Shown one piece after another: positions 9,500 to 19,098 of a stretch of DNA of 64,000 nt; within the stretch, counting starts at the first letter, position 1; each line of letters starts with the position of its first letter. The DNA comes from Alphaproteobacteria bacterium (GTDB lineage Bacteria; Pseudomonadota; Alphaproteobacteria; Rhizobiales; JAKIUO01), in NCBI GenBank assembly GCA_024280475.1, contig JAJRQA010000047.1:1128-65127 (forward strand). Reading direction: 5' to 3'. The translations under genes and the position numbers were made by a program. Under the pieces are notes generated by a model. The model was given only the letters and a program-made list of their open reading frames with translations. It ran no database searches and was not told the DNA's origin.

Positions 9500-10585
9500 A
9501 TGCTCTATTATTTGATCCAGTTCAGTGACCAGTTCGGTGCTTTGAACGTTTTTCGTTACATCACCTTTCGCACTGGCGGGGCGATCATGACAGCAATGGT
9601 GTTCATGTTCATTTTCGGCCCCGGGCTGATTACGGCGTTGCGGGTGCGCCAAGGCAAGGGCCAGCCGATTCGTGAAGATGGTCCGGCCTCTCATCTGCTG
9701 GAAAAGCAGGGCACGCCGACGATGGGCGGGGTCATGATTTTGATGGCCTGGTCAACAGCGACATTGCTATGGGCAAATCTTTCCAATCATTATGTGTGGA
9801 TTGTTTTTTGGGTGACCATGCTGTTTGGCATGATCGGCTTTTACGATGATTTTCTAAAAGTTTCGCGCCAGGATCATCACGGTTTTCCTGGCCGAATTCG
9901 CTTATTGCTGGAAGTGGTGATCGCGGCTGTCGCCACATATCTGGTGATGGCGCTTGGCAAGGAGCCGTTTGCTTCGTCTTTGACCATTCCATTTTTTAAA
10001 GACACGCTGATTTATCTGGGGCCGTTCTTTATCGTCGTTGGAATATTGGTGATTGTTGGCTCTGGCAATGCGGTCAATCTCACCGATGGACTTGATGGCC
10101 TTGCCATTGTGCCGGTGATGATCGCGGCATGCACGTTCGGGCTGATCGCCTATCTGGTGGGCAATGTGAACTTTTCTGAATATTTGCAAATCCATTATGT
10201 GCCGGGAACTGGCGAGCTGGCGGTGATCTGTGGGGCTTTGCTTGGCGCAGGGCTGGGCTTTTTGTGGTTCAATGCGCCCCCTGCCATGATCTTCATGGGA
10301 GACACGGGATCCTTGGCGCTGGGTGGGATGCTAGGATCTATAGCGCTGGTTACCAAGCATGAGCTGGTACTGGCGATTGTCGGCGGACTGTTTGTGCTGG
10401 AGGCGGTGTCTGTGATCGTGCAGGTGGCGTCTTACAAGATGACGGGAAAACGAGTGTTTCGCATGGCGCCTCTGCATCATCATTTTGAGCAAAAAGGCTG
10501 GAAAGAGCCAACCATCGTCATTCGCTTCTGGATTATCTCTGTGGTGCTCGCCCTTATTGGTCTTGCCACACTGAAACTGCGATAG
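9500..10585 (+). CDS. mraY: phospho-N-acetylmuramoyl-pentapeptide transferase
   Basis: 361 aa, polytopic. Motifs [24 protein letters not shown] and APLHHHFE. Confidence 0.95.
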   Translation: MLYYLIQFSDQFGALNVFRYITFRTGGAIMTAMVFMFIFGPGLITALRVRQGKGQPIREDGPASHLLEKQGTPTMGGVMILMAWSTATLLWANLSNHYVWIVFWVTMLFGMIGFYDDFLKVSRQDHHGFPGRIRLLLEVVIAAVATYLVMALGKEPFASSLTIPFFKDTLIYLGPFFIVVGILVIVGSGNAVNLTDGLDGLAIVPVMIAACTFGLIAYLVGNVNFSEYLQIHYVPGTGELAVICGALLGAGLGFLWFNAPPAMIFMGDTGSLALGGMLGSIALVTKHELVLAIVGGLFVLEAVSVIVQVASYKMTGKRVFRMAPLHHHFEQKGWKEPTIVIRFWIISVVLALIGLATLKLR

Positions 10586-10592
10586 GCTTTTC

Positions 10593-12029
10593 ATGATCCC
10601 AGTGACACAATATAACGGGCATGCGGTTGCCGTACTGGGTCTTGGTCGCTCCGGACTGAGTGCGGCGCGTGCGCTGAAAGCTGGCGGCGCAACGCCGGTG
10701 TGCTGGGACGACAATGAAGACAGTCTGACAGCTGCAGAGGCCGAGGGCTTTTTGATTGCCAATCTGCACGCTGACCATGTGTGGCAGGAACATAATTTTG
10801 CGGCACTTATTCTTTCGCCCGGTATTCCCCATCTTTATCCAGAGCCAAATCCGATTGTAAAACTGGCCTGGGGTCATGGGGTACCAGTCGACAATGATGT
10901 GGGTTTGTTTTTCTCCGTTTATCTCGATTTTTGGAATGGCCAGGAAGAGGGCGATGAGCCGTGGCCTGAAGCCATCGCCATTACTGGGTCAAACGGCAAG
11001 TCGACGGTAACGGCGCTGATTGCCCATATCTTCAAGGCAGCCGGCCGCAACGTCCAGATGGGCGGCAATATCGGTCGTGGCGTGCTTGACCTTGATCCCC
11101 CGAAAAAGGGCATGGTCTATGTGCTGGAGCTGTCCTCTTATCAAACAGAACTGGCTCGCACCCTGTCTCCAAGCATTGCGGTTTTTCTTAATTTTTCACC
11201 CGATCATTTTGATCGCCATGATGGGCGTGGCGGCTATTTTGCAGCCAAAAAGCGCTTGTTTGAGAAAAGTGCGCCTGATCGCATGATCATTGGAGTTGAT
11301 GAGAGTGAGGGGCGCTTTCTGGCAAATTCCATGAGGCAGGATGGGAATGAAGGCCACCCCGTTACCGCTGTGTCGGTGACAAAGCCTCTGCGTGGCCGAG
11401 GCTGGTCCGTGTTTGCAGAACATGATCAGTTGATAGAATGGGCAGGGGACAAGGAACTGGCACGCATAGACCTCGCTGAGATGACAGCGCTACAAGGCGT
11501 GCACAACCAACAAAATGCCTGTGCGGCCCATGCTGTTTGTAAAACTCTTGGCCTGACAAGCGATGAGATTGAGGCCGGCATGAAAAGCTTCCCCGGCTTG
11601 CCTCATCGCATGGAAGTCGTCGGGCGGCTTGGCAATATCAGCTTTGTCAATGACAGCAAAGCCACCAATGTGGAAAGTGCGGCCAAGGCTCTGGGGGCCT
11701 ATCAAAATATCTACTGGATCGCCGGTGGGCAAGGTAAGGAAGGGGGGCTTGTTGGCCTCAAGGACTATCTACCCAATGTCAAAAAAGCCTATCTGATTGG
11801 CGAAACCGCGAACGAATTTGCAGGCCTGCTTGGGGATGCGCCCCATGAGATGGCAGAGACACTGGAACGTGCCATTACACTTGCGCTGCAAGATGCCGAT
11901 GCGGACGAACAGGCCTCTGTAATCTTGTTGGCCCCGGCCTGCGCCAGTTTTGATCAGTTTCCAAGTTTCGAGCACCGGGGCGATGCGTTTCGCGCACAGG
12001 TGCTGGCATTGATCAACAAGGATAAGTGA
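10593..12029 (+). CDS. murD: UDP-N-acetylmuramoylalanine--D-glutamate ligase
   Basis: N-terminal VLGLGRSG Rossmann motif and P-loop ITGSNGKSTV. dcw position. Confidence 0.9.
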   Translation: MIPVTQYNGHAVAVLGLGRSGLSAARALKAGGATPVCWDDNEDSLTAAEAEGFLIANLHADHVWQEHNFAALILSPGIPHLYPEPNPIVKLAWGHGVPVDNDVGLFFSVYLDFWNGQEEGDEPWPEAIAITGSNGKSTVTALIAHIFKAAGRNVQMGGNIGRGVLDLDPPKKGMVYVLELSSYQTELARTLSPSIAVFLNFSPDHFDRHDGRGGYFAAKKRLFEKSAPDRMIIGVDESEGRFLANSMRQDGNEGHPVTAVSVTKPLRGRGWSVFAEHDQLIEWAGDKELARIDLAEMTALQGVHNQQNACAAHAVCKTLGLTSDEIEAGMKSFPGLPHRMEVVGRLGNISFVNDSKATNVESAAKALGAYQNIYWIAGGQGKEGGLVGLKDYLPNVKKAYLIGETANEFAGLLGDAPHEMAETLERAITLALQDADADEQASVILLAPACASFDQFPSFEHRGDAFRAQVLALINKDK

Positions 12030-13189
12030 TGAGGATCAGCCGGGCAGAGCGGTCGGTATTGGGAGACTGGTGGTATAGTCTTGATACCCGCTTGCTGCTG
12101 GCTCTTGGCTTGTTGATGGCGGCGGGCCTGTTGGCCTCGCTGGCCGCCAGTCCACCGGTTGCCTTGCGGCTTGGACTAGACCCATTCTTTTTTGTCAAAC
12201 GCCATGCGATATTGCTGGTGCTGGCTTTTCTTGTGCTGATCGTCAGCTCGATGCTGTCCGTGCGTGCCATGATGGCAGTGGCCGTTTTGCTGTTTATCGG
12301 TGCGTTTATCCTGCTGGTCTTGATCCCCTTTATTGGAGCGAGCGCCAAGGGATCGCGTCGCTGGATTGAGCTTGGCAGCTTTTCCCTGCAACCTTCTGAA
12401 TTTATCAAGCCGGCATTTGTGCTGGTCACCGCCTATTTATTCGCCATGGCCCAGCAAAGTGCCGATAAGCGCTGGTTGCTGATTTCGCTTGGCCTGTTTG
12501 CAATGGTCCTTGCTACTCTTGTTGCCCAGCCTGACTATGGGCAAAGTATTTTGCTGGCCTTGATCTGGGCCGGATTGTTTTTTTTGGCGGGGCTGCCCTG
12601 GCTTTGGTTGTCTTTGTTTGCGGGACTAGGTGCTGGCGGTCTTGGTGCCGCTTATTTTCTGGTGCCTCATGTGAGCAAGCGTATTGATCGTTTTCTGGAT
12701 CCGGCTGGCGGCGATAATTATCAGGTTGGCCATGCCCTGCGCTCTTTCATTGAAGGGGGTTGGCTGGGACGTGGGCCGGGTGAGGGGGTGATCAAGCATG
12801 TTCTGCCGGACGCCCATTCCGACTATATTTTCGCGGTTTTGGCCGAAGAGTTCGGATTATTGGCCTGCGCTGGACTGCTCGCCATTTTCGCATTTGTCGT
12901 GCTGCGGGGGCTGGCTCATGCGTATCAGGACAAAGACCCGTTTCGTAAGCTGGCGCTGGCGGGTCTGATGCTGGCCTTTGGATTACAAGCGGTGCTTAAT
13001 CTTGGTATCAATATGGGGCTTTTACCGGCCAAAGGCATGACATTGCCGTTTATTTCTTATGGCGGGTCGTCGCTTTTGGCGGTGGCGCTGGCAATGGGGC
13101 TTGCTCTGGGGCTGTCGCGGCGTCATCGTGGGGAAACACGATTCGACCGCACCCTGGCGGGGATGCGCAATCAAGGAGGGGATGTGTGA
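12026..13189 (+). CDS. ftsW: SEDS-family peptidoglycan glycosyltransferase FtsW
   Basis: Polytopic, with motifs PDAHSDYIFAVLAEEFG and LPAKGMTLPFISYGGSS. GTG at 12026 overlaps the murD stop; ATG at 12029 is an alternative start. Confidence 0.9.
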   Translation: MMRISRAERSVLGDWWYSLDTRLLLALGLLMAAGLLASLAASPPVALRLGLDPFFFVKRHAILLVLAFLVLIVSSMLSVRAMMAVAVLLFIGAFILLVLIPFIGASAKGSRRWIELGSFSLQPSEFIKPAFVLVTAYLFAMAQQSADKRWLLISLGLFAMVLATLVAQPDYGQSILLALIWAGLFFLAGLPWLWLSLFAGLGAGGLGAAYFLVPHVSKRIDRFLDPAGGDNYQVGHALRSFIEGGWLGRGPGEGVIKHVLPDAHSDYIFAVLAEEFGLLACAGLLAIFAFVVLRGLAHAYQDKDPFRKLALAGLMLAFGLQAVLNLGINMGLLPAKGMTLPFISYGGSSLLAVALAMGLALGLSRRHRGETRFDRTLAGMRNQGGDV

Positions 13190-14283
13190 CAAAATCGATA
13201 ATGGTCACGGCTGGAGGCACCGGTGGGCATTTGTTTCCGGCGTTTTCGCTGGCACAAGAGCTGACGAGGCGTGGGTATGAGATCGACCTCATTACCGATA
13301 TGCGCGGTGATCGCTATGGTTCCAATTTTCCGGCCCGCGAAATCTATCAGGTGCCAGCGGCCACCATCACCGCTAAAAATCCATTGTCCATTGCCAAAAC
13401 GGTCATGAAGCTGGGCAAGGGGACGGCGATGGCGCGCTCTATCCTTAAAAAGGTCAAGCCAGCCTGTATCGTTGGATTTGGTGGCTATCCCACCTTTCCG
13501 CCGATCTTTGCTGCCAAGTCGCTTGGTATCCCAGCCATCTTGCACGAGCAAAACGCTGTCATGGGCCGCGCCAATCGCATGTTGGCTGGCAAGAGCAAAG
13601 CTATAGCCCTATCGTTTGAGCACACCATCCATGTTGAGGGCGAACTGGCCAAAAAGGCGCGCCATACTGGTAATCCCGTGCGTGATGTGGTGATCGAAAA
13701 TGCCAATATTCCCTATCCTGCTATGAGCCCGGAGGGACCGTTCAATTTGCTGGTATTTGGCGGCTCGCAAGGGGCCCGTTATTTTTCGGATCTTGTGCCG
13801 CCCGCGATTGCCATGCTGCCCGACGAGATCAAGGCCCGGCTGAACATTGTGCAGCAATGCCGCGAGGAAGATATTGCACGGGTCAATGAAGCCTATCGCC
13901 TGGCTGGCATCAGTTTCGAGATATCGACTTTTTTCGGCAATTTGCCCGAAATCATAGCTCATTCTCATTTGGTGCTGGCGCGCTCGGGGGCGTCCAGCGT
14001 CACCGAACTGGCGGTTATTGGTCGGCCTTCCATTCTGGTACCATTGCCTCATGCGCTTGATAATGACCAGTTGCGTAACGCCGCTTTTTTGCAAGATGCG
14101 GGTGGCGCCATATGTATTGAGCAAAAGGATCTGGACGCGGAGCGCCTGGCGGCGGATCTGGCGAAAATGGCTGGCGACCCCGAAATGTTGCAAAACGCCG
14201 CAATGGCAGCTAAGGGAGTTGGAAAGCTTGATGCTGTACAACGGCTTGGTGATCTGGTGGAAGAAGTGGCGGCTGGTGCATAA
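13186..14283 (+). CDS. murG: UDP-N-acetylglucosamine--N-acetylmuramyl-(pentapeptide) pyrophosphoryl-undecaprenol GlcNAc transferase
   Basis: GTG start with AAGGAGGGGA upstream, GTGA overlap with ftsW. N-terminal AGGTGGHLFPA motif. Confidence 0.9.
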   Translation: MTKSIMVTAGGTGGHLFPAFSLAQELTRRGYEIDLITDMRGDRYGSNFPAREIYQVPAATITAKNPLSIAKTVMKLGKGTAMARSILKKVKPACIVGFGGYPTFPPIFAAKSLGIPAILHEQNAVMGRANRMLAGKSKAIALSFEHTIHVEGELAKKARHTGNPVRDVVIENANIPYPAMSPEGPFNLLVFGGSQGARYFSDLVPPAIAMLPDEIKARLNIVQQCREEDIARVNEAYRLAGISFEISTFFGNLPEIIAHSHLVLARSGASSVTELAVIGRPSILVPLPHALDNDQLRNAAFLQDAGGAICIEQKDLDAERLAADLAKMAGDPEMLQNAAMAAKGVGKLDAVQRLGDLVEEVAAGA

Positions 14284-14349
14284 GATTGTCCCAAGGGACA
14301 CAATGCTTGCGCCAAGACTGACACGCGCGATTTTGAGGAATAAAAACAA

Positions 14350-15846
14350 ATGAAAATGCCTAAAGGACTTGGCCCGTTTCATATTGTCGGTATTGGCGGC
14401 ATCGGCATGAGCGCCATAGCTCACGTCATGCTGCAGCTGGGCTATGAGGTTCAAGGCTCCGACATGAGCGACAGTATGAACCTGAAGCGCCTCAATGAGC
14501 TGGGCGCCAAAACATTTGTCGGCCATGCCCCGGAAAATATCGACAATGCCGGGTGCGTGGTTATTTCTTCCGCCGTCAAACCGGGCAATCCCGAACGCGA
14601 CGAGGCACTAAAGCGCGGTGTGCCCGTCATCCGCCGCGTCGAAGTGCTGACCGAGCTGATGCGCCACTATGCGACCATCTCAGTGACCGGCACCCATGGG
14701 AAAACCACCATCACCTCACTGACCGCCCATGTGCTTGTAGAGGGCGGCATTGACCCAACGGTGATCACCGGTGGCATCGTCAATGACTGGGGTTCCAATG
14801 CTCGCTATGGCAAGGGCAACTGGATGGTGGTGGAAGCTGACGAGTCGGATGGCACATTTCTCAAGCTCCCCACACAGGTTGGCATTATCAGTAATATCGA
14901 TCCTGAACATCTCGATCACTATGGTGATTTTGATACCTTGAAGGAGGCCTTTGCAACATTTGTCGGCAATATCCCTTTTTATGGTCTGGTGGTTGCTGGT
15001 ATTGATAATGAGCATGTCGCAAAGATCGCCAAAAGCTATCGCGGCTCCATGAACCGGCGTCATCTATTGACTTATGGTGAGCATGAGGACGCAGATTTAC
15101 GGCTGGAAAATCTGCACGGCGCTGATGGTTTTGCCGTTTTTGATGTGGCGCTTGGCAAGCGGATCAAGGGCGGTGAGCGGCGCATTGAAGGGTTGAAACT
15201 GCCACTTCCTGGGGTACACAATGCCAGCAATGCGCTGGCCAGCATGGCTGTGGCCCTTGAGCTTGGCATGTCGGATGAAAAAATTGCCGCAGCGTTCGAG
15301 AATTTTGGTGGTATATTCCGGCGTTTTACCCGCGCCGGTGTCTGGAACAAGGTCGCTGTTTATGATGACTATGCTCATCACCCCGTTGAAATCAGCAATG
15401 TTCTCAAAGCGGCCAGAAGCGTCACTACGGGTCGCGTCATCGCGGTCAAACAGCCCCATCGCTATACTCGCGTTGCTGATCTGTTTGACGAATTTGCCAG
15501 TTGTTTTGCGGAGGCAGACGAGGTCATCATGGCTCCGATTTATGAAGCCGGGGAGGCTCCAATTGAGGGGGTTACTCATAAGACATTGGCACAGGCAATC
15601 ATCAAAACCGGGCATCAAAATGTATCTACCATCGAGGGGCAAGAAGAACTGACCGCAAAGATTGGGGAGATGGTTGAACCAGGCGATCTGGTGATTTGCC
15701 TTGGGGCTGGAGATATCAGCCAATGGGCGCATGCATTGCCGGCTAATCTTACCAAAGCATTTTCCGACCAGAGCGAACCAGCAAACACAGGGTCGCCAGA
15801 GACAGGATTGCCACGGACAGGATCTTCAGCGGCGGAGAGCGCCTGA
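14350..15846 (+). CDS. murC: UDP-N-acetylmuramate--L-alanine ligase
   Basis: IGIGGIGMS and P-loop TGTHGKTTIT. Carries a ~30-aa C-terminal tail with TG-x-P-x pentapeptide repeats. Confidence 0.9.
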   Translation: MKMPKGLGPFHIVGIGGIGMSAIAHVMLQLGYEVQGSDMSDSMNLKRLNELGAKTFVGHAPENIDNAGCVVISSAVKPGNPERDEALKRGVPVIRRVEVLTELMRHYATISVTGTHGKTTITSLTAHVLVEGGIDPTVITGGIVNDWGSNARYGKGNWMVVEADESDGTFLKLPTQVGIISNIDPEHLDHYGDFDTLKEAFATFVGNIPFYGLVVAGIDNEHVAKIAKSYRGSMNRRHLLTYGEHEDADLRLENLHGADGFAVFDVALGKRIKGGERRIEGLKLPLPGVHNASNALASMAVALELGMSDEKIAAAFENFGGIFRRFTRAGVWNKVAVYDDYAHHPVEISNVLKAARSVTTGRVIAVKQPHRYTRVADLFDEFASCFAEADEVIMAPIYEAGEAPIEGVTHKTLAQAIIKTGHQNVSTIEGQEELTAKIGEMVEPGDLVICLGAGDISQWAHALPANLTKAFSDQSEPANTGSPETGLPRTGSSAAESA

Positions 15847-15848
15847 CC

Positions 15849-16799
15849 ATGAGCTTTGAAAATATTCTGGACGAGATCACGGCACTGGTTCCCGATTTGC
15901 GTGGGCGCTTGCGCGCCAATGAAAGCCTCGCTTCTATCACCTGGTTTCGGGTCGGTGGACCAGCGCAACTGTTCTTTAGCCCAAAGGATGAGGAAGACCT
16001 GGCCTATTTTCTGGCGAATATTCCACGCGAGTTGCCGGTCACGGTGATCGGACTTGGGTCCAATTTGATTATCCGCGATGGCGGCATAGAGGGTGTGGTT
16101 ATACGCCTTGGGCGCGGCTTTGGCGATATGTCGGTGCCGCAAGAGCAGCATTTGCGGGTAGGGACCATTGTACCTGACATTCGTCTTGCCATGCGGGCCG
16201 CCGATGAGGGCATTGCCGGGCTTGAATTTTATCGCGGCATCCCTGGCTGTGTTGGCGGTGCCTTGCGTATGAACGCCGGCGCTCATGGCGGCGAAACCAA
16301 GGATTTTCTGGTCGAAGCGCGGGCCGTTGACCGTAAAGGTACGCTACATATTCTCAAAAACAAAGATATGGGTTATAGCTATCGTCATTGCAGTGCGCCA
16401 GATGACTATATATTTACAAGCGCCCTTTATGCTGGTGAGCGTGGTGAGCCAGATGAATTGCGTGCCTTGATGAAGGATGTGGTGGACTATCGGGAAGAAA
16501 AACAGCCCGTTAAAGCCCGCACCGGGGGATCGACTTTCAAGAACCCCGATGGTCATAGCGCCTGGAAGCTTGTCGATGACGCGGGTTGTCGTGGATTGCG
16601 CGTCAATGGTGTGCATGTCTCGCAAAAGCACTGCAATTTCCTCATCAATGATGAGGAGGCAAGCGCTGCCGATATAGAATTGCTTGGTGAAACCGTGCGC
16701 CAACGAGTATTTGAAAATAGTGGCATAAAGCTGCATTGGGAGATTAGACGGCTTGGTGTGCCGCTCGATGGGGACGAGATCATACCAACGTTGAGTTAA
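15849..16799 (+). CDS. murB: UDP-N-acetylenolpyruvoylglucosamine reductase
   Basis: 316 aa. FAD-binding N-terminal domain, GGSTFKNP motif, NFLIN C-terminal motif. Confidence 0.9.
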   Translation: MSFENILDEITALVPDLRGRLRANESLASITWFRVGGPAQLFFSPKDEEDLAYFLANIPRELPVTVIGLGSNLIIRDGGIEGVVIRLGRGFGDMSVPQEQHLRVGTIVPDIRLAMRAADEGIAGLEFYRGIPGCVGGALRMNAGAHGGETKDFLVEARAVDRKGTLHILKNKDMGYSYRHCSAPDDYIFTSALYAGERGEPDELRALMKDVVDYREEKQPVKARTGGSTFKNPDGHSAWKLVDDAGCRGLRVNGVHVSQKHCNFLINDEEASAADIELLGETVRQRVFENSGIKLHWEIRRLGVPLDGDEIIPTLS

Positions 16800-16833
16800 A
16801 CAATACCGCGCTACACAATAAGGAACCAAACGA

Positions 16834-17211
16834 ATGATGAACGCCCTTCTTATCTTGCTCCCCGTTTTAATCGGCCTTGCGCTCATTGCAGCCGCAGCCT
16901 GGGAATTCATGACATGGCGTTCGCGCTTTGCCAGCTGGTCCAGCGGCATGGCAACGTCACTTGGCGCCGTTAAGGTGCGCGGCGATGTCGGGCCTCATCT
17001 GGCCTACGAATATAATATTGATGGCACCCAATATGAGGGACGCTCCAGCTATATGAAGGATAATGTCCCTGATAAAGGTGAAAGTGTTCGCATTTATTAT
17101 GACCCTGCTGATCCAAACAATTCCGAATGGTATGATGGCGGCATGCATAATTTCTTCATGGTTGGCGCTGGGGTGATCGGTATTTTGATTCTCTGGCTGG
17201 CTCTAGGATAG
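16834..17211 (+). CDS. DUF3592-like small membrane protein
   Basis: 125 aa with N- and C-terminal TM helices flanking a beta-rich core (VRGDVGPHLAYEYNIDGTQYEG..VRIYYDPADP), the DUF3592 pattern. AAGGAAC SD. Confidence 0.6.
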   Translation: MMNALLILLPVLIGLALIAAAAWEFMTWRSRFASWSSGMATSLGAVKVRGDVGPHLAYEYNIDGTQYEGRSSYMKDNVPDKGESVRIYYDPADPNNSEWYDGGMHNFFMVGAGVIGILILWLALG

Positions 17212-17262
17212 ATAGTTGGGTCTCGACCCTAAAAAAAATGCGCAATTAAAATTGGTGGGACG

Positions 17263-18225
17263 ATGCCTCAACAAACTGGGCCTGAACAAACTGGGCCGGA
17301 AAAATACAGTCATGTTGCCGTGCTGATGGGGGGGCTCTCTTCGGAGCGAGAGGTCTCGCTATCATCGGGTAAAGCCGTTGCAATAGCACTTGAGGGTGAA
17401 GGCTACAAGGTGTCAAAAATTGATGTCGGGCCTGATTTGGCTGCACAGCTGACACAAATAGCTCCCGACGTTTGTTTTAATGCCCTGCATGGGAAGTGGG
17501 GGGAAGATGGTTGCGTGCAAGGGGTGCTCGAACTTCTGAAAATTCCCTATACTCATTCAGGTGTGATGGCTTCCTCTGTTGCTATGAACAAGGATTTGAC
17601 CAAGACCATTCTGGCTGATGCCGGTATTCCTGTGGCGATAAGCAAGACCGTCAGCCGCAAGGAAGCAGCTCGTGGTCATGTGATAAAACCTCCCTATGTC
17701 CTGAAACCGGTTAGTGACGGCTCATCGGTGGGCATCTTTATGGTGCTGGGGGAGCAGGCCCATCCAGGTGCCCGCATTCTCGAAACTGGCCAGCCAGGCG
17801 ATGAACTGATGGCGGAGCGCTATATTGATGGGCGCGAGTTTACCTGCGCGGTGCGCGGCGACGAGGCGTTTTGTGTCACGGAAATTCTACCCGCCGAAGG
17901 TTTTGAGTTTTATGATTATGACAGCAAATATGTCGAGGGGGGATCAAAACATGTCCTGCCCGCGCAAATTTCACCAGATATTAACCTGCTCATAGAATCA
18001 TACTCGATACTGGCTCATAAAGCGCTGGGCTGTCGCGGTATCAGCCGGACAGATTTTATTTATGATGAGCGGCTTGGGAAGGACAAAGGTTTGTTTTGTC
18101 TGGAAATTAATACCCAGCCTGGCATGACCTCAACATCTTTGGCCCCTGAACAGGCGGTTTATAGCGGACTAACATTTGGAGAGCTGGTTCACTGGCTCGT
18201 GGAGGATGCTTCTTGCGATCGTTGA
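17263..18225 (+). CDS. ddl: D-alanine--D-alanine ligase
   Basis: VAVLMGGLSSEREVSLSSG N-terminal motif, ATP-grasp core, EINTQPGMT near the C-terminus. Confidence 0.9.
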   Translation: MPQQTGPEQTGPEKYSHVAVLMGGLSSEREVSLSSGKAVAIALEGEGYKVSKIDVGPDLAAQLTQIAPDVCFNALHGKWGEDGCVQGVLELLKIPYTHSGVMASSVAMNKDLTKTILADAGIPVAISKTVSRKEAARGHVIKPPYVLKPVSDGSSVGIFMVLGEQAHPGARILETGQPGDELMAERYIDGREFTCAVRGDEAFCVTEILPAEGFEFYDYDSKYVEGGSKHVLPAQISPDINLLIESYSILAHKALGCRGISRTDFIYDERLGKDKGLFCLEINTQPGMTSTSLAPEQAVYSGLTFGELVHWLVEDASCDR

Positions 18226-19085
18226 CGAACTTGTCTGACACTCTTAATTCCTCAAAAGGGAATGCTGATCAGACATGTCAAAATGACGACGCTGCAAGTG
18301 CCAAGCTGAACTCCCAAACTTCCTTACAATCACGAGGATTTAACGTGCTTGTCGCCTGTATGCTGGCCTTGTTTTTGGTCGGATTGTTTTATGGGGGCTA
18401 TTTTGAGCGGGTGCGGCTGCTGGCGTCCAGTATGGTCGAAGCTTATTTCCTGAACGCAGGCATTGTCTTGCAGGAAATCCATATCAAGGGGCAGGTCAAT
18501 TTGCGTGACGAACAGATCGTCGCCGCACTTGGTATTCGCTCTGGTCAGTCCTTGTTTGGCTTTGACGCGACAAAGGCCCAAAAACAGCTGTCCATGCTCG
18601 GGCAGGTTAAGTCGGCTCGTGTCATGAGGTTGCTTCCCTCAAAGCTGCTTGTCGAGATTGAGGAGCGCGTGCCGCTCGCCCGGTGGATACATGAAGGGCA
18701 GATTGATCTGATCGACAAGGATGGGGTTGTCTTGCGCACACTATCAAGTCTCGATCAATCTGGTCACCCGCTGGTCGCTGGTGCGGGGGCCGACAAGAAA
18801 GCATCCGCCCTGATCCGCATATTATCAACTCATCGCGGTCTTGCGCAACATATCAAACTCGCCAAAAGAGTAGGGCAATATCGCTGGAACCTGCATGCTA
18901 ATAGTGGCGCGCTCATTAAGCTTCCCCCTGCAGATGTGGCTCTTGGAGTGGCAAGATTCGTATCGCTGCCAGATTGGCAAACCCTGTTAACCCGCAAAAA
19001 CCTGGTCGTTGATCTGCGCCAGTCATCGCAAGCTTTTGTTAATGCGCAAGCTGCCACAAAAACGCCTGTTCTATCCAGGTTTTGA
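18213..19085 (+). CDS. ftsQ: cell division protein FtsQ
   Basis: TTG start with GGAGGA 6 nt upstream. Single TM (VLVACMLALFLVGLFYGG) followed by a POTRA-like region. Lies between ddl and ftsA. Confidence 0.75.
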   Translation: MRSLTNLSDTLNSSKGNADQTCQNDDAASAKLNSQTSLQSRGFNVLVACMLALFLVGLFYGGYFERVRLLASSMVEAYFLNAGIVLQEIHIKGQVNLRDEQIVAALGIRSGQSLFGFDATKAQKQLSMLGQVKSARVMRLLPSKLLVEIEERVPLARWIHEGQIDLIDKDGVVLRTLSSLDQSGHPLVAGAGADKKASALIRILSTHRGLAQHIKLAKRVGQYRWNLHANSGALIKLPPADVALGVARFVSLPDWQTLLTRKNLVVDLRQSSQAFVNAQAATKTPVLSRF

Positions 19086-19098
19086 GGGGAGCAGAACA

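Noticed and set aside
13609-14526. Very long antisense ORFs opposite real genes: 305 aa at 13609-14526, 261 aa at 20680-21465, 238 aa at 23667-24383, 237 aa at 59394-60107, 223 aa at 15615-16286, 200 aa at 48709-49311, and many ORFs opposite the AsmA gene.
   Set aside because: They lie in codon phase with clearly identified sense genes (murG/murC, ftsZ, bamD, der, pleD and others). In that phase an antisense stop arises only from sense TTA, CTA or TCA codons, which are rare here. Their translations are low-complexity and match no family. They are a codon-usage artefact.
19009-19098. N-terminal extensions in the longest-ORF track (ftsA 19009, lpxC 22281, degP 54311, divK 47715, eipB 45171, ROK 47115, TerC 3837, secreted protein 3805, DUF482 43847, K+ channel 50583).
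   Set aside because: The extensions overlap upstream genes or start at TTG/GTG without an SD. The internal ATGs give canonical N-termini (signal peptides or conserved first motifs) with SD-like sequences.
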